Origin: Thermomicrobiales bacterium
GTDB lineage: Bacteria; Chloroflexota; Chloroflexia; Thermomicrobiales; UBA6265
DNA length: 64,000 bases
Assembly (NCBI GenBank): GCA_049646645.1
Contig: JBARWF010000134.1
Span: forward strand, 2,309-66,308
Direction: 5' to 3'
Below are positions 22,203 to 30,946 of the stretch, in pieces. Position numbers and translations under genes: made by a program. Numbering within the stretch: position 1 is the stretch's first letter; each line of letters starts with the position of its first letter. The notes under the pieces were generated by a model. The model saw only the letters and a list, made by a program, of their open reading frames with translations, was not told where the DNA came from and searched no databases.

Positions 22203-22907
22203 TCAGCCGCGCGATTGTTCGTGTGGTGCCGACCCGCCCTGCGGCAATGCGTCGCTCGCGGGTGTGGATGCTCCATGCGTATCGACGATCTCGCGCCATG
22301 CATCCTGGAGTTCCGAGGCGGTGATCGCACCTTCCCGGATGATGGAGATGGTAGCACCTTCCTGTCGAATCACGGTCGAGGCCGTGCCCCCGCGCGAGAT
22401 GCCGCCATCGAGGACGATATCGACCGTCTGCTGGACGGGTTCCGCGATCTCCTCAGCCGACTGCGCTGGCGGATAGCCCGAGATATTCGCGCTGGTCGTG
22501 GCCAGGGCGCCGCCGCATCGCCGCGCGAGGGTGAGCGCCACCGAATGGGCGGGCACCCGGACACCGACGGTGCCATCCGGGGCCACTACATCAGCCGGGA
22601 GCCCGGGCCGGGCCGGAACGGCGACCGTCAACGGTCCCGGCCAGTAGCGGCTCGCGAGGGTGAGCAGGCGGGGATCGACGCCCGGCGACACCTTGTGCAG
22701 GTCTTCGGACGACGCGAGCAGCACCGGCAACGTCTGCTCCCGGCGACGTCCCTTGATCTCGAAGATTCGGCGCAGACTCTCCGGAAACTGCAGCGAGGCG
22801 CCGATGCCATAGACGGTATCGGTTGGATAGGCGACGACCCCGCCATGCTGGAGGGATGAGATCGCCTGCTCCAGGGCACGTGGCTCCTCAAGCCGGAGAA
22901 ATGTCAT
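22203..22907 (-). CDS. tsaC: L-threonylcarbamoyladenylate synthase (Sua5/YwlC/TsaC family)
   Basis: The YrdC-domain motifs VAYPTDTVYGIGA and SANISG are present. Confidence 0.85.
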   Translation of the reverse strand: MTFLRLEEPRALEQAISSLQHGGVVAYPTDTVYGIGASLQFPESLRRIFEIKGRRREQTLPVLLASSEDLHKVSPGVDPRLLTLASRYWPGPLTVAVPARPGLPADVVAPDGTVGVRVPAHSVALTLARRCGGALATTSANISGYPPAQSAEEIAEPVQQTVDIVLDGGISRGGTASTVIRQEGATISIIREGAITASELQDAWREIVDTHGASTPASDALPQGGSAPHEQSRG

Positions 22908-22993
22908 GCAGTGTTCCTTCTACCCACTCGTCGGGCGGCCATGTCAACCGCACGTCTCATACCTGCCGGCAATCACCATCTGCGGCGAAGATG

Positions 22994-24832
22994 CTAGAGC
23001 GACGCCTTGATCTGCTCGGCGACCTTGGCGTTCACGCCTTCCACGGTCATCAACTCCTCGACGGACGCTTCCCGGATCGCCTTCACCGATCCGAAGGCCC
23101 GAATGAGGGCCTTCTTGCGCTTCGGCCCGACGCCCGGTACATCGTCCAGACCCGACTTGAACGCCGACTTCGACCGCTTGGCGCGATGGAAGGTGATCGC
23201 GAAGCGGTGTGCCTCGTCCCGCACGCGCTGGACGAGATAGAGCGCCTGGGAATCGCGCGGCAGGAGGATCGGGTCGGGGCGGCCAGGCAGGAAGATCTCC
23301 TCGTTCTCCTTGGCCAGGCCGCAGATCGGCACGTCCATGCCGACCGCCTCCAGACCCTCGATCGCCGCGTTGAGCTGCCCCTTGCCGCCGTCAATGATCA
23401 CCAGATCGGGGAGCGTGGTCCACTTACCCTGCTCCTCCTCGTCGGCTTCGGCCGCGCGGCGGAACCGGCGGGAGATGATCTCGGTCATGGACGCGAAGTC
23501 GTTGGCGCCGACAACCGTCTTGATATTGAAGCGCCGGTACTCCTTCTTGGCCGGCTTGCCATCCTCGAAGACCACCATGCTGGCGACCGGGTTCGTGCCC
23601 TGGATATTCGAGTTGTCATAACACTCGATGCGACGTGGCATCCGCGGCAGGTCGAGCGCGTTCGCCAGCTCGGTCAGGGCTGCGGTCGTCTTCATCTCGT
23701 CGGACAGGAACTTCAGGCGCGACTGCTCCAGGTTCTCGTCTGCGCTCTTGGCGACCATCTCGACGAGCCCGCGCTTGTCGCCGCGCTGCGGGACATGGAT
23801 GGTGACTTTCCCCTCGCGGCGATCCTGCAGCCAGGCCGTGATCATCTCGAGCTCGGCGGCGGGCAGGGTGTGCTGGAGGATCAGCAGCGGCGGTACGATC
23901 GCCGCTCCCTCGTAGAACTGCGTGATGAAACCGGAGACGATCTCCTCCGGCGAATCGTTCACCATCGCCTGCATCGAGAAGAACTCGGAGCCGATGATCT
24001 TGCCGTTGCGCAGGAAGCCGACCTGCACGCCGGCATCACCCCCGGCACCCTGGGCGACGGCGATGATGTCGGCATTGGTGCCCTGCGACGAGACGATCTT
24101 TTGCCTTTCGAGCACATGGGTCACCGCCTGCAGCCGGTCGCGGACCTCACCGGCGCGCTCGAAGTTCCAGGCATCGGCGGCCTGTTCCATCTCCGCCTGC
24201 AGATCGCCCACGATCTCCTCGCCTCGGCCGGAGAGGAAGAGCGCGGCACTGTCCACGGCCTTCATGTACGTCTCGCGGTCGACCGCGGAGATGCACGGAG
24301 CGGTGCACTGGTGCATGTGGTAGTAGAGGCAGACCTCGTCGTGACCGGTGATCTTCTTGTCGCACTTGCGATAGGGGAAGAGCCGGTTCAGGAGGTTGAT
24401 CGTCTTGTAGGCGGAGCCGGCCGAGGTGTAGGGGCCGAAATAGCGGCTGCCATCCTTGACGATCTGCCGGGTGCTGATGACGCGCGGCCACTCCTCATTC
24501 GTGATCCGAATGTAGGGGTAGGTCTTGCTGTCCTTCAGCATGATGTTGTATTTCGGCTGATACTTCTTGATCAGCTCGTTTTCGAGAATGAGTGCTTCCG
24601 TCGCCGTATCCGTGCGGATGACGTCGAAGTCGGCGATGTGCGAGACGAGCTCGCGCGTTTTCGGGTCCTTGTGGCGCTGCGACTGGAAGTAGGAGCGCAC
24701 GCGGTTGCGGAGGGCGATTGCCTTGCCGACATAGATGATCGTGCCCTCCGCGTCTTTCATGAGATAGACGCCGGGAGCCTGGGCGAGAGCGGAGAGTCGA
24801 GTTGAGAAATCAGGGCGTTCGAGCGTTACCAT
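22994..24832 (-). CDS. uvrC: Excinuclease ABC subunit C
   Basis: It has a GIY-YIG N-terminus (GVYLMKDAEGTIIYVGKA), a UVR domain, an RNase H-like endonuclease domain and a C-terminal HhH2 domain. The start was re-picked at MVTLERP. Confidence 0.92.
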   Translation of the reverse strand: MVTLERPDFSTRLSALAQAPGVYLMKDAEGTIIYVGKAIALRNRVRSYFQSQRHKDPKTRELVSHIADFDVIRTDTATEALILENELIKKYQPKYNIMLKDSKTYPYIRITNEEWPRVISTRQIVKDGSRYFGPYTSAGSAYKTINLLNRLFPYRKCDKKITGHDEVCLYYHMHQCTAPCISAVDRETYMKAVDSAALFLSGRGEEIVGDLQAEMEQAADAWNFERAGEVRDRLQAVTHVLERQKIVSSQGTNADIIAVAQGAGGDAGVQVGFLRNGKIIGSEFFSMQAMVNDSPEEIVSGFITQFYEGAAIVPPLLILQHTLPAAELEMITAWLQDRREGKVTIHVPQRGDKRGLVEMVAKSADENLEQSRLKFLSDEMKTTAALTELANALDLPRMPRRIECYDNSNIQGTNPVASMVVFEDGKPAKKEYRRFNIKTVVGANDFASMTEIISRRFRRAAEADEEEQGKWTTLPDLVIIDGGKGQLNAAIEGLEAVGMDVPICGLAKENEEIFLPGRPDPILLPRDSQALYLVQRVRDEAHRFAITFHRAKRSKSAFKSGLDDVPGVGPKRKKALIRAFGSVKAIREASVEELMTVEGVNAKVAEQIKASL

Positions 24833-24874
24833 AGCACCTGCAAGTATACCGGTTCGCCCCGGGCGGCGGGCGTG

Positions 24875-24902
24875 AAAACTCCTGCCCATATCGGGCAGGA
24901 GT
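24875..24902 (-). terminator. Candidate intrinsic terminator after the DUF2795 gene
   Basis: A 9-10 bp stem, ctcctgccc(24879-24887)/gggcaggag(24893-24901), has a 5-nt loop. A short U-run follows on the minus strand. Confidence 0.45.
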
Positions 24903-24937
24903 TGTCGTCGTGATTCATTCGGCTCGAGAACGCGGCG

Positions 24938-25378
24938 TTACTTCGTCAGGCCCTTGAGCGTGCCGAGAAGCTCTTCCGGATTGTTGAACACATCGCCAGC
25001 GTGAGCCTTCACGAGCGCGGTGATCTTGTCGACTGCACCGCTCTCCTGCAGCTTGGCGATCACCTGATCCTTCTGGATCGGGAAGCTGAGCCCGGATACG
25101 AGCTCCTTCAGGTCTCCGATGCTGCCGAGTTCCGCGGCGAGCCCGCTGAGCTCACTCGTCTGTGCCTTCAGCGTATCGCTCAACCCGCCCAGGTCGCCCG
25201 CGGCTGTCTTCAGCGAGGCGGCGGAGATGCCGCCACTCGTTGCGTCCGAGATGGCCTTGTTGGCGGAATCCCGGACTTCAGCGACGGTGTCGCTGGCTTG
25301 CTTCGCCGCTTCCTCGACCTTGGCCGCGTCATCGTCCCCTAGCGCACTGCTGACCGCTTCCTTGATCTTGTCGAACAT
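24938..25378 (-). CDS. DUF2795-like small protein (long paralog)
   Basis: The C-terminus LSFPIQKDQVIAKLQESGAVDKITALV resembles the DUF2795 motif. The N-terminus MFDKIKE is shared with the neighbour. GGGAG lies upstream of the ATG. Confidence 0.7.
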   Translation of the reverse strand: MFDKIKEAVSSALGDDDAAKVEEAAKQASDTVAEVRDSANKAISDATSGGISAASLKTAAGDLGGLSDTLKAQTSELSGLAAELGSIGDLKELVSGLSFPIQKDQVIAKLQESGAVDKITALVKAHAGDVFNNPEELLGTLKGLTK

Positions 25379-25448
25379 GTCTTCTCCCTGCTGCCGACGA
25401 CGCCCACCAGCCCGCGCGGAGTGGTGCGAAACGACGTCACATATTGAG

Positions 25449-25476
25449 AGAATAGTGGCCTCGTCCGATCTGTCAA
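25449..25476 (-). promoter_or_regulatory. Candidate sigma-70 promoter, TTGACA-16-TATTCT (minus strand)
   Basis: The reverse complement reads TTGACAgatcggacgaggccacTATTCT. It sits about 70 nt upstream of the ATG at 25378. Confidence 0.45.
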
Positions 25477-25524
25477 TGCGGCGGAAGCTCAGGAATTGAG
25501 CGCGGTCGAGATCGTGAAGATCGC

Positions 25525-25755
25525 CTAGAAGAGTGATTGGAAGACATCCTCGGCGCGATCGAAGTGGTCCTGGGAGCGCAAGCGGACATGTTCGATGATC
25601 GCTTCGTCCGCCCCGTTCTGCTGGAGCTGGTCGAGAAGTTGCGATTTCGAGATCGGAAAGTCGATACCCTTGAGATAGGCAGCATATGCCCCGGCACCGG
25701 CGTTGGTGGTCGAGTCGGTTGCGCCGGTCAACGTTTCCTTGATCTTGTCAAACAT
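25525..25755 (-). CDS. DUF2795-like small protein (short paralog, 76 aa)
   Basis: The sequence MFDKIKETL...GIDFPISKSQLLDQLQQNGADEAIIEHV fits the family. AAGGTG lies 6 nt upstream. The ORF track over-extends to 26160 through repeat DNA. Confidence 0.7.
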   Translation of the reverse strand: MFDKIKETLTGATDSTTNAGAGAYAAYLKGIDFPISKSQLLDQLQQNGADEAIIEHVRLRSQDHFDRAEDVFQSLF

Positions 25756-25823
25756 GGCCGTCACCTTTCCGTACGTGTGCCGATACGATCCGAACCCCGG
25801 TTCGTACAGTCTCCGACGCACGA

Positions 25824-25851
25824 TGTATACCAACGTATACGGAAAGAGCAA
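25824..25851 (-). promoter_or_regulatory. Candidate sigma-70 promoter, TTGCTC-16-(TGg)TATACA (minus strand)
   Basis: The reverse complement reads TTGCTCtttccgtatacgttggTATACA. It includes a duplicated GTATAC palindrome. Confidence 0.4.
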
Positions 25852-25930
25852 CGAATGAGTCATTTGGAGAACGCCGCTGCTCTCTTGCCTACCATCGTGA
25901 GCGGATTGTCTATGTTGAAAAGTCTCCTCC

Positions 25931-26206
25931 CCGTCATTCTGAGCAAAGCGAAGAATCCCCGCGCGCAGCGCAGCGAGGACTTTCCGGGCCTCCGGGTGGA
26001 TCGGCAACGAGAAGAATCCCCGCGCGCAGCGCAGCGAGAGCGCATCGGGCGCAGCCCGACATTGAAGCTGGCACCGAGGCAACGGCTGCGCCGTCGAGTG
26101 GTTGTGCTTCGCACGGGGATCCTTCATTCCATTCAGGATGACAGGCATATGGCAGTTCATTGGAGACAGACTGCTAAGCTACTCGAAGAATCCCGCGTGG
26201 CGAAGC
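25931..26206. repeat. Family-A variant cluster (gtcattctgagc..gaagaatcccc arms)
   Basis: The left arm (25931-25964) pairs with an inverted partner at 26108-26143. A perfect 28-nt direct repeat gaagaatccccgcgcgcagcgcagcgag occurs at 25949-25976 and 26010-26037. A third partial copy lies at 26183-26206. Confidence 0.65.
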
Positions 26207-26249
26207 GCCGGATGGCAGGAATGGGGGCTGTTCAGCTCCGGGGCTGCGG

Positions 26250-27533
26250 TCAGGCGGATTGCTCCGCCCTGGCTCCCTGCACCGGAAGCGCCGGCGCCGG
26301 TGGCTCATCCCGCTCGGCGATCTCCCGCACCTGTTCTTCCGTGGGAAGGAACCAGACCACCGCGATCGAGAGCGCCACGACACCCAGCAGGGTGTACAGG
26401 GCGGTCGTCAGGCTTGTCGCGTCGGCGATCGCCCCCAGGATCGGCGTGGCGATTCCCCCTGCCACGAATCCCAAGCCGAGAATGAGACCGGAGGCCATGC
26501 CTGCGTGGCCCTTCATCAGCTGCTGGGCCATGAGCAGGAGCAGCGGCGCGGTCGAGGCGGCGAGGAAGCCGATCAGGGCGCCGGTGACAAAGCCCCAGGG
26601 GCCCGGAAAGGTGATGAAGGCCCACACCGCCGGAATCGTGAGCGTCATCGTCACGAGCATCACGGCGCGGCGGCCGTAGCGGTCCGCGAAGTTCCCGATG
26701 CCGAGCGCGCCCGCCGCGCTGGCGAGCACGATGGTCGTCGCCAGGGTGCTGTAGAAGGCGGAGCTGTAGCCGAGATCCGCGTACCATGCAGGAAGGAACG
26801 ATTCCACGCCGACCACCGGGATCTGACGCAGCATCATCACCGCCACGACGATGGCGACCATGCCCAGCGGGACAGCGGCCGCCGCGTGCCTCCTTGCGCC
26901 GGGATCCAGCGCCCGGTGCCGGCGTCCGACCACGGCGACGTCGCGCATGGCCACGAGGAGCCAGCCGCCGATCAGCAAGCCGGGTATCACCATCACGATC
27001 GTCCCGTGGAGTCCGAAGAGGGCGACGAGCCCGGCCCCGATGAGCGGCCCGAGCGCGAAGCCGATCGTGCCGCCGGAGACATAAACGGACATCGACACGT
27101 TGCCCTGCCCGGGTTTGATCACCGCGCTCGCGTTCATCGCGCCCATCGGATGGAAGGCCCCCGAGCCGAACCCGGCGAGACCCGCCAGCAGCACGAGCAT
27201 CCCGAACGACGGCGCGAACCCGATCGTAGCGAAGAGCAGGGCCGACCACATCTGCGTGAACCCGATGAAGCGCGTGCCAAAGCGGTCGGCGATCATCCCG
27301 AACACCGGCTGTGAGACCGACGAGCAACCGGTGTAGGCGAGGGCGACGAGCCCAACCTGGCCCAGCGAGATGCCGTAGGAGGCCATCATCGCGGGAAAGA
27401 GCACCGGAATCATGCCGCTGTACATATCCACAGTGAAATGGCCACTGGCCACGATCATCAGTGGCCGGTTCTTGAGGACGGCGAGGGGCGAGAGCGACGA
27501 AGACACCTGTTGAGTAGCCGTTTCTGTACGCAT
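26250..27533 (-). CDS. MFS transporter (12-TM type)
   Basis: It has about 12 hydrophobic segments and the MFS loop motif ADRFGTR/ADRYGRR. The start was re-picked at MRTETAT. Confidence 0.8.
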   Translation of the reverse strand: MRTETATQQVSSSLSPLAVLKNRPLMIVASGHFTVDMYSGMIPVLFPAMMASYGISLGQVGLVALAYTGCSSVSQPVFGMIADRFGTRFIGFTQMWSALLFATIGFAPSFGMLVLLAGLAGFGSGAFHPMGAMNASAVIKPGQGNVSMSVYVSGGTIGFALGPLIGAGLVALFGLHGTIVMVIPGLLIGGWLLVAMRDVAVVGRRHRALDPGARRHAAAAVPLGMVAIVVAVMMLRQIPVVGVESFLPAWYADLGYSSAFYSTLATTIVLASAAGALGIGNFADRYGRRAVMLVTMTLTIPAVWAFITFPGPWGFVTGALIGFLAASTAPLLLLMAQQLMKGHAGMASGLILGLGFVAGGIATPILGAIADATSLTTALYTLLGVVALSIAVVWFLPTEEQVREIAERDEPPAPALPVQGARAEQSA

Positions 27534-27834
27534 GACGCGTCGCTGCAAAGACGATTCCGGACGTGTGTTGCCGTTGTGCTCGGAGGGAGTGGCCCGGGGA
27601 GGAGCGCTTCTCGTCGAAGCAGGACCGCTGCGGGACCGGATCATCGTTCCATTCTACGGCGAACGTGGCCTGCGCGGCGCGGCGTCACCGCGTTGTGCAA
27701 CCCTGCCACCGTCGGGCCATCTGCGCGGCACGGCAGTGGCGCAATCCTCTATACTCTGGAAGTTTGGGTGAGGGGCGCGTCCCCCAGCCTTTCTTCCTGC
27801 CCCTGCGCCCGTGTTCAAGGAGATACCGACTCGC

Positions 27835-27972
27835 ATGGCCCAGCAACGACAACCACTTCAGCTCACCGACGAAGATGTGACGTTTCTGCTCACCCTCCTG
27901 CGTAATGCATCCTCGCCCGTGACAACCCAGCAGCTCGTCGATGCCCTCAAGCAGCGAACAGGCCATTCCTGA
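27835..27972 (+). CDS. Possible 45-aa ORF upstream of the 583-aa gene
   Basis: It begins with ATG preceded by AAGGAG (13-nt spacing). The translation is MAQQRQPLQLTDEDVTFLLTLLRNASSPVTTQQLVDALKQRTGHS. GC3 is high, but the ORF is too short for firm support. Confidence 0.3.
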   Translation: MAQQRQPLQLTDEDVTFLLTLLRNASSPVTTQQLVDALKQRTGHS

Positions 27973-28072
27973 CCGTCGCGGTGCCCGGCGACCCTCGGTG
28001 CGCGTGCGGTGACGCCGTGTGCGCAAGATTCATTGTTCATTCTTTACCCCCTCACAAGGAGAACGTTCAGGC

Positions 28073-29824
28073 ATGGTGGCCGATCAGGAAACGCAGAGCA
28101 TCCACTTCTCGGGCTCGGCCAATTCGCAAAAGCTCGCGGCGCAGGCCTTCGATGTTCTGCGCGGCCGGGGCATGTTCATGTCCGAAAATGCGCCGATTCG
28201 CGTTCCGCTCGACGCTCTGAACGCGTTCCTCGGTGCTCAGGCCAGTGCCTCGCCGGACGATGTCGCCCAGGCGCTCCGCGACAACCCGGATGTCTTTGGG
28301 TTCGAGACCGTCGATGGGGCGGAGTGGGTCGTCACGACGCGCTCGGGGCGTCGGCCGCAGACAAGCGAAGCGGCGCCGACCCACTCCCTCGCGTCGCGCT
28401 TCCTCACCCCGGAGCCGAAGCCCGTCGTCCCCTCGACGCCGCGGCCGGAGCGGGCGCGGGTCGATCCGTCGTGGTCCAGCTTCTCGATCGCGGATTATGC
28501 ACATCTCGCTGATGAAGAGGAGGAGGACGAGGTCGAGGCAGTACCGGCCGCCGCGACCGCCACGGAGGACGACGTCGATCTCGTGATCGAGGCGCTGGAC
28601 GAGGAGCCGGTCGTGGAGGCCGCGCCCGAAGCCGCGGCCCCGGTTGCCGAGGCCGAAGCTGTCGCGGCGGAGGAAGTTGCCGAGCAGCCGGCACCGGCCG
28701 CCGCGCCCGGCAGCGATCTGTCGGCATTCACCGACGCCGAGATCGCCGACGCCCTGAGCGCCCGCCTGGCCGGAGATGTCCACATCGCCCGCTTTGGTGA
28801 TCGCTGGATGGCCGAGGAGCGCGTGCCGCGCCTGAGCCGTGGCGATCTGCGCCGCATGCGCGAGTACATCGAGGAGCAGGAACAGCCGCTGACCGACGTG
28901 ATGCTGGTGCAGGATGTGCTGGGCACCCGCCCGAACTCCTCGGAGTTCGAGCTGATGCAGTTCGCGGTCGATTTCCGGCTCTCGCGTGAGCACAAGGAAT
29001 TCGACTTCGTTGGCACGTCGGACCAGCATTTCTGGAGCACGACCAGCCTGCCACCGATCGGTACCACCCGCCGCAAGCCCAACGAGATCGGCACCGACTA
29101 CCGCTTCCTGGTCGAGGAAGTGGCCGGAGAGACGATCGAGCACCGCTCGGTCAGCTCGGTCGATCACATCGTCTCCTTCTATGAGTACTATCACGGGCTG
29201 CTGCCCTACGATGCCGACATGCAGCGGCTGCTGCCGGCGCCGGTGACCCCGGATCAGCGCTCTGCCGTCCTGACGTTCGAGATCCCGCAGCTCTACACGA
29301 CCTACCTCGCCGAGCTGCGCTACCCGACGCCGAACCGCGGTGGATTCATTCTCGGGCTCGATGACTTCTACGCGGACAGCCTCGTGCCGGGCGCGATGAT
29401 CGCGATCACGGCGACCGAGAACGACGGTCACTACACCGTAGAGTTCATCGCCAGCAAGGACCGCAGCGAGCGCTTGCTCGAGCTCGATGATCGCCGCTCG
29501 GCGCGGTATCTCTTCCGCCCGACGACCTTCGCCTGCGAGGTTGCGGACGAATGGCTGATTAGCGAGGACCGCTTCCCCACGCTTGGATCGGAAAAGCCGC
29601 TCGATGACAAGATCCGCCGCCGCCCGGATGCCGTGCTCGAGGCGACCTTCGAGCGCGTCGGGATCGATGATGGCGAGGGCGGCAAGATGGCGTCGTTCTC
29701 CGACCTGCTGGCCGTCGCCAATGTCGAGCGCCCGTTCTCCGAGGCCCTGCTGACCTCGGTGCTGGAGCAGCACGAGGACGTGACCGGCGAAGGGGATACG
29801 TTCACCTATGCACCGGAATCCTGA
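28073..29824 (+). CDS. Uncharacterised 583-aa protein with central acidic Ala/Glu/Pro-rich linker
   Basis: The ORF is long with strong GC3 bias on the plus strand. AAGGAG lies 11 nt upstream of the ATG at 28073. I recognised no family. Confidence 0.7.
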   Translation: MVADQETQSIHFSGSANSQKLAAQAFDVLRGRGMFMSENAPIRVPLDALNAFLGAQASASPDDVAQALRDNPDVFGFETVDGAEWVVTTRSGRRPQTSEAAPTHSLASRFLTPEPKPVVPSTPRPERARVDPSWSSFSIADYAHLADEEEEDEVEAVPAAATATEDDVDLVIEALDEEPVVEAAPEAAAPVAEAEAVAAEEVAEQPAPAAAPGSDLSAFTDAEIADALSARLAGDVHIARFGDRWMAEERVPRLSRGDLRRMREYIEEQEQPLTDVMLVQDVLGTRPNSSEFELMQFAVDFRLSREHKEFDFVGTSDQHFWSTTSLPPIGTTRRKPNEIGTDYRFLVEEVAGETIEHRSVSSVDHIVSFYEYYHGLLPYDADMQRLLPAPVTPDQRSAVLTFEIPQLYTTYLAELRYPTPNRGGFILGLDDFYADSLVPGAMIAITATENDGHYTVEFIASKDRSERLLELDDRRSARYLFRPTTFACEVADEWLISEDRFPTLGSEKPLDDKIRRRPDAVLEATFERVGIDDGEGGKMASFSDLLAVANVERPFSEALLTSVLEQHEDVTGEGDTFTYAPES

Positions 29825-30857
29825 CGACGACCACGACCACATCCGCATCTTCCGGCCGGAAGAGGAGCAGGACGAACTCGAAGACCTGACGACGCTGGGG
29901 AACGATCCGGACGTTCCCCAGCGCCCGACCCTGGATGCCGTGTTCGAGATGTTCGACGACGGTAAGGTGAACCACACCACCCTCGTTGGTCTGACCGATC
30001 TCGATCGCAACCAGGCGAGCGAGGTGCGGCGGCGCTGGCCGCTCGTGCCGCAAGCCACGCGCGAGTCGGCCATGCAGATGATCGACGAGCTCGGCGAGGA
30101 CCGGTTCGATCTGCATTTCGGGCGCTTCCTGCGTGTCGCGCTCGATGACGAATCGGAGATCGTCCGCCAGTACGCGATCTCCGGTCTCTGGACCGACAGC
30201 GGAGACGACCTGCCGGGCCGCCTGCTTGACATCCTGCGCGATGACCCTTCGGACGATGTTCGGATCCAGGCTGCGTTGAGTCTCGGGCCTTACGCCGAGG
30301 CTGCCGAGCTGGGAGAGCTGGACGCCGATCTCGGTAAGCGCATCCGCGAGGGGCTGTTCGCGGTGCTCGAGGATTCGAGCGAGCCGCTGGCGTTGCGGCG
30401 GCGGGCGCTGGAGTCGGTTGCTGTCTTTGCCGACGATCCACGACTTGGGCTCGAGATCGAGAGCATGTACGAAGACGACGACGCCGGCCTTCGTTCGAGT
30501 GCCGTCTTCGCGATGGGACGCAGTCAGGACCGTGCCTGGTATCCGATGCTGCTCCGCGAGCTCACCAACGACGATGCGGAGGTGCGCTACGAAGCGGCAC
30601 GTGCGGTCGGGCAGTTTGGGGATACCTCCGCCCTGCCTGTTCTGGGGGTCCTTGCCAAGGATGAGGATGCCGAGGTGCGGCTGGCCGCCATCGCCGCGAT
30701 CGGTGAGATTGGCGGTCAGGCCGCGAGGCGTATGCTGCAGAAACTCGCGGAGGACGAGCGCCCGGATGTCGAAGTTGAGGCGCTCGATGATGCGATGACC
30801 GAGGTGTCCATCTTCGAGGCAGATGACAATCCTCTTGATGAGGACGAGGACGACTAG
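29808..30857 (+). CDS. HEAT-repeat protein with acidic termini
   Basis: It has repeated helical units with D(D/E)xxVRxxAaxaLG periodicity, for example DDVRIQAALSLG, DAEVRYEAARAVG and DAEVRLAAIAAIG. A 17-nt overlap with the upstream gene is present. Confidence 0.75.
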   Translation: MHRNPDDDHDHIRIFRPEEEQDELEDLTTLGNDPDVPQRPTLDAVFEMFDDGKVNHTTLVGLTDLDRNQASEVRRRWPLVPQATRESAMQMIDELGEDRFDLHFGRFLRVALDDESEIVRQYAISGLWTDSGDDLPGRLLDILRDDPSDDVRIQAALSLGPYAEAAELGELDADLGKRIREGLFAVLEDSSEPLALRRRALESVAVFADDPRLGLEIESMYEDDDAGLRSSAVFAMGRSQDRAWYPMLLRELTNDDAEVRYEAARAVGQFGDTSALPVLGVLAKDEDAEVRLAAIAAIGEIGGQAARRMLQKLAEDERPDVEVEALDDAMTEVSIFEADDNPLDEDEDD

Positions 30858-30946
30858 CTGCGAGCCGGACTCGTCACTCGTGACACGAATGACCCCGGTG
30901 CATCGTCGCCGTCGTACGAGAAGCAAGGAGCTAACACATACTTCCC

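Noticed and set aside
22823-24805. A 660-aa plus-strand ORF.
   Set aside because: It lies antisense to uvrC, whose identity is unambiguous.
25949-26037. A possible CRISPR array, because of a perfect 28-nt direct repeat.
   Set aside because: There are only two exact copies, embedded in MITE-like arm sequence. There is no regular repeat-spacer periodicity and no cas genes.
28067-30232. A 721-aa minus-strand ORF opposite the uncharacterised 583-aa gene.
   Set aside because: I considered it seriously because the plus-strand gene has no recognised family. The plus-strand frame has G/C-rich third positions, a proper AAGGAG-ATG start and coupling to the HEAT-repeat gene. The minus-strand product is Arg-rich and low-complexity.
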